A stretch of 64,000 nt of DNA from Azolla caroliniana (taxonomy: Eukaryota; Plantae; Polypodiophyta): the NCBI GenBank assembly GCA_043228905.1, contig JBHGNT010000001.1, forward strand, positions 5,828,001 to 5,892,000, in the 5' to 3' direction. Positions within the stretch are counted from its first letter, which is position 1. Each line of letters opens with the position of its first letter. The notes beneath the pieces were generated by a model, which saw only the letters and a program-made list of their open reading frames with translations, was not told where the DNA came from and ran no database searches. The translations under genes were made by a program, and so were the position numbers. Below, in pieces: positions 62,201-64,000 of the stretch.

Positions 62201-64000
62201 CGGTTCTCAGTGAGCAACAACGAGGATACGCCCAAGTTAAGTGCGAACTGTGGGGTATCGTTTCGGCAGTCAAGACCGATAAAGACTACTTGATAGGGAT
62301 AGAAGTAATCATCGACACGAACTGCCTGCCGATCCTCGGTATGGTTTCCGGATGCGCGACTCCGGACCTGGCGATGCTCAGATGGATCGCGTACATTAAG
62401 TCCCTAGATCCTGAGATATGACACATCTCCGAAAACCACAACACCATGGCCGATATGCTTTCTAGAGCGCGGTTCGACGACGAGAACGGCATGGTTTCGG
62501 AGGACGAGGAAGTCGGCATAGACTTCTTCGAGTCAGCTCGCATAACGACAACGGCAGGGAGCACTCCGGCGCTTAACGAGTTCAACGAGAGCGAGTACGA
62601 CGGGGAGTGGCTCCAGATTGGAAGGTTCCTAAGGACAATGACGCCGAACGCGGCATGGACTAGAGAGGAAGCTAACCGTATCCTGTAGAAAGTGTACCGA
62701 TTCTTCCTACGGGACGGAAGTATATGGAAGCTCCCAAAGAAGCAAGGCAACGTTCCGCTTCGCGTAGTGGCAAGAAAGGACGAGCAGGACAACTTGTTAA
62801 CGGCGTACCACGAGAGTCCTTGGGTCGGACACCGCAGGACATGGGCCACGTTCGACAAATTGAAAGAGAAGTATTGGTGGTCGACTGCACTCCACATTCC
62901 GACATTGAGATGAGCTACACCCGACCTACCCGCCGACCGTCCATTTCAAGTGGATGGTAGACTTAGTAACGATTTCGATGGGGGTAGGTCAGATGCAGTA
63001 CTTGGTGCTTGCGCGGGAGGATTTGACGAACCAGGTGGAGGGCCGCGCACTGCAGAACAAGACGATTGCGGCGGTGTGCCGGTTTCTGGTCGAAGAGGTA
63101 GTGTGCCAGTACGGGTGCGTGGGAAAGATTGTAGCGGACCGCGGGGAACTGGATGCATAGGAGGCCGAAGAGTCGTTTGTGTTGGGAGACAGGTCCCTCC
63201 GGATGGGAAGAGAAACCATATGACGAGTACCCGGCTACGTAGAGCCGGATGGTGCAGACGCGGTGAAGACCGGATGAGGAGTACCCGGCTACGGAGAGCC
63301 GGATGGTGCAGACCCGGTGAGGACCGGATGAGGAGTACCCGGCTACGGAGAGCCGGATGTCGCAGACTCGGTGAGGAATGCTCTCCGGATGAAGAGACAT
63401 ATTCGTAAATATGTTTCTGAAGAGCCCATCGTGGCTATATTTGTAAATAGCCGAAAAGTCATATTAGTATAAATATGACTTAGGGCAAACTTTTAGATAC
63501 TGTTGTTGTTGTTGTCATTCTTGTTGGTGTAAGGGAGAGAGACAGTGCGTAACTGTGTACAAAGAGTGAGAGAGAGAGAAAGAGGTCGTTGCCTCTGTTG
63601 TAACCGCCGCCTATGGCGAAGATCGTGAGCACGAGGTCGTTGCCTCCGTGAACTCACTGTTGTACATACTAACCTAGTGATAGTTTGCAGCCTGAGGGCT
63701 GCTGTGGTTTTTCCCTAGTTTGGGGTTTTCCACGTTAAACATTCTGCGTACTCTTCTCTTCCATTGTGTCGTTCTTTATTTCCCGTTCTCTGTGTATGAT
63801 TCTAAGCTCGGTTGTGGCCGAGCGTTGCGTATAAGGAGCGTTGAGTTCCCGTCAGTTTGGACGGTTAGGGGTTAAACTCTCGCTCACTACGACGTACAAT
63901 TCGGAGGCAAACGGGAAGGTGGAGCGCGGACACAGGCCAATCGTAAAGGCGTTGGTACGGGCCTACGGAGGCCAGGTCGAGAAGTGGTCGCGGCTCCTAC
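59212..64000 (+). mobile_element. Family A copy A6: decayed gag-pol running off the window
   Basis: Starts mid-gag (TALEELTQMV); PR, RT, RH and IN fragments; interrupted by a C solo LTR. Confidence 0.88.
63180..63854 (+). mobile_element. Solo LTR, family C
   Basis: TGTTGGG...CCGTCA; perfect TSD GTTTG; inserted in the A6 integrase; 54-bp internal tandem repeat. Confidence 0.9.

Overview
Eukaryotic (land-plant) DNA. The retrotransposon content (Tcn1-like and Phygy-like elements) suggests a non-seed plant; this is inference. Bases 1-11.5 kb hold old TE relics and one intact 8-exon plastid-type 13S-lipoxygenase gene (4836-9895, about 975 aa). From 11.4 kb to the end the window is a nested retrotransposon cluster. 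It contains: (i) a very young intact Tcn1-like chromovirus (11571-17227) inside a LINE relic, with identical-looking LTRs, no tRNA PBS but a Tf1-type self-priming signal, and a -1 frameshift signal; (ii) the 3' end of a copia element; (iii) six decayed copies of a Phygy-like tRNA-Trp-primed Ty3/gypsy family (A) and two copies of a relative (B); (iv) an Athila/Tat-superclade element (D, minus strand) carrying an extra ORF of about 820 codons; (v) solo or partial LTRs of a copia-like family (C). Most striking signals: every A/B junction falls on a 4-bp N-CG-N target (one by reconstruction), suggesting CpG-directed integration that drives self-nesting; a conserved slippery site plus pseudoknot between protease and RT in family A; the self-priming architecture of the Tcn1-like element; and a (TTTAGGG)3 tract exactly at a truncation breakpoint. 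All alignments and counts were made by eye.
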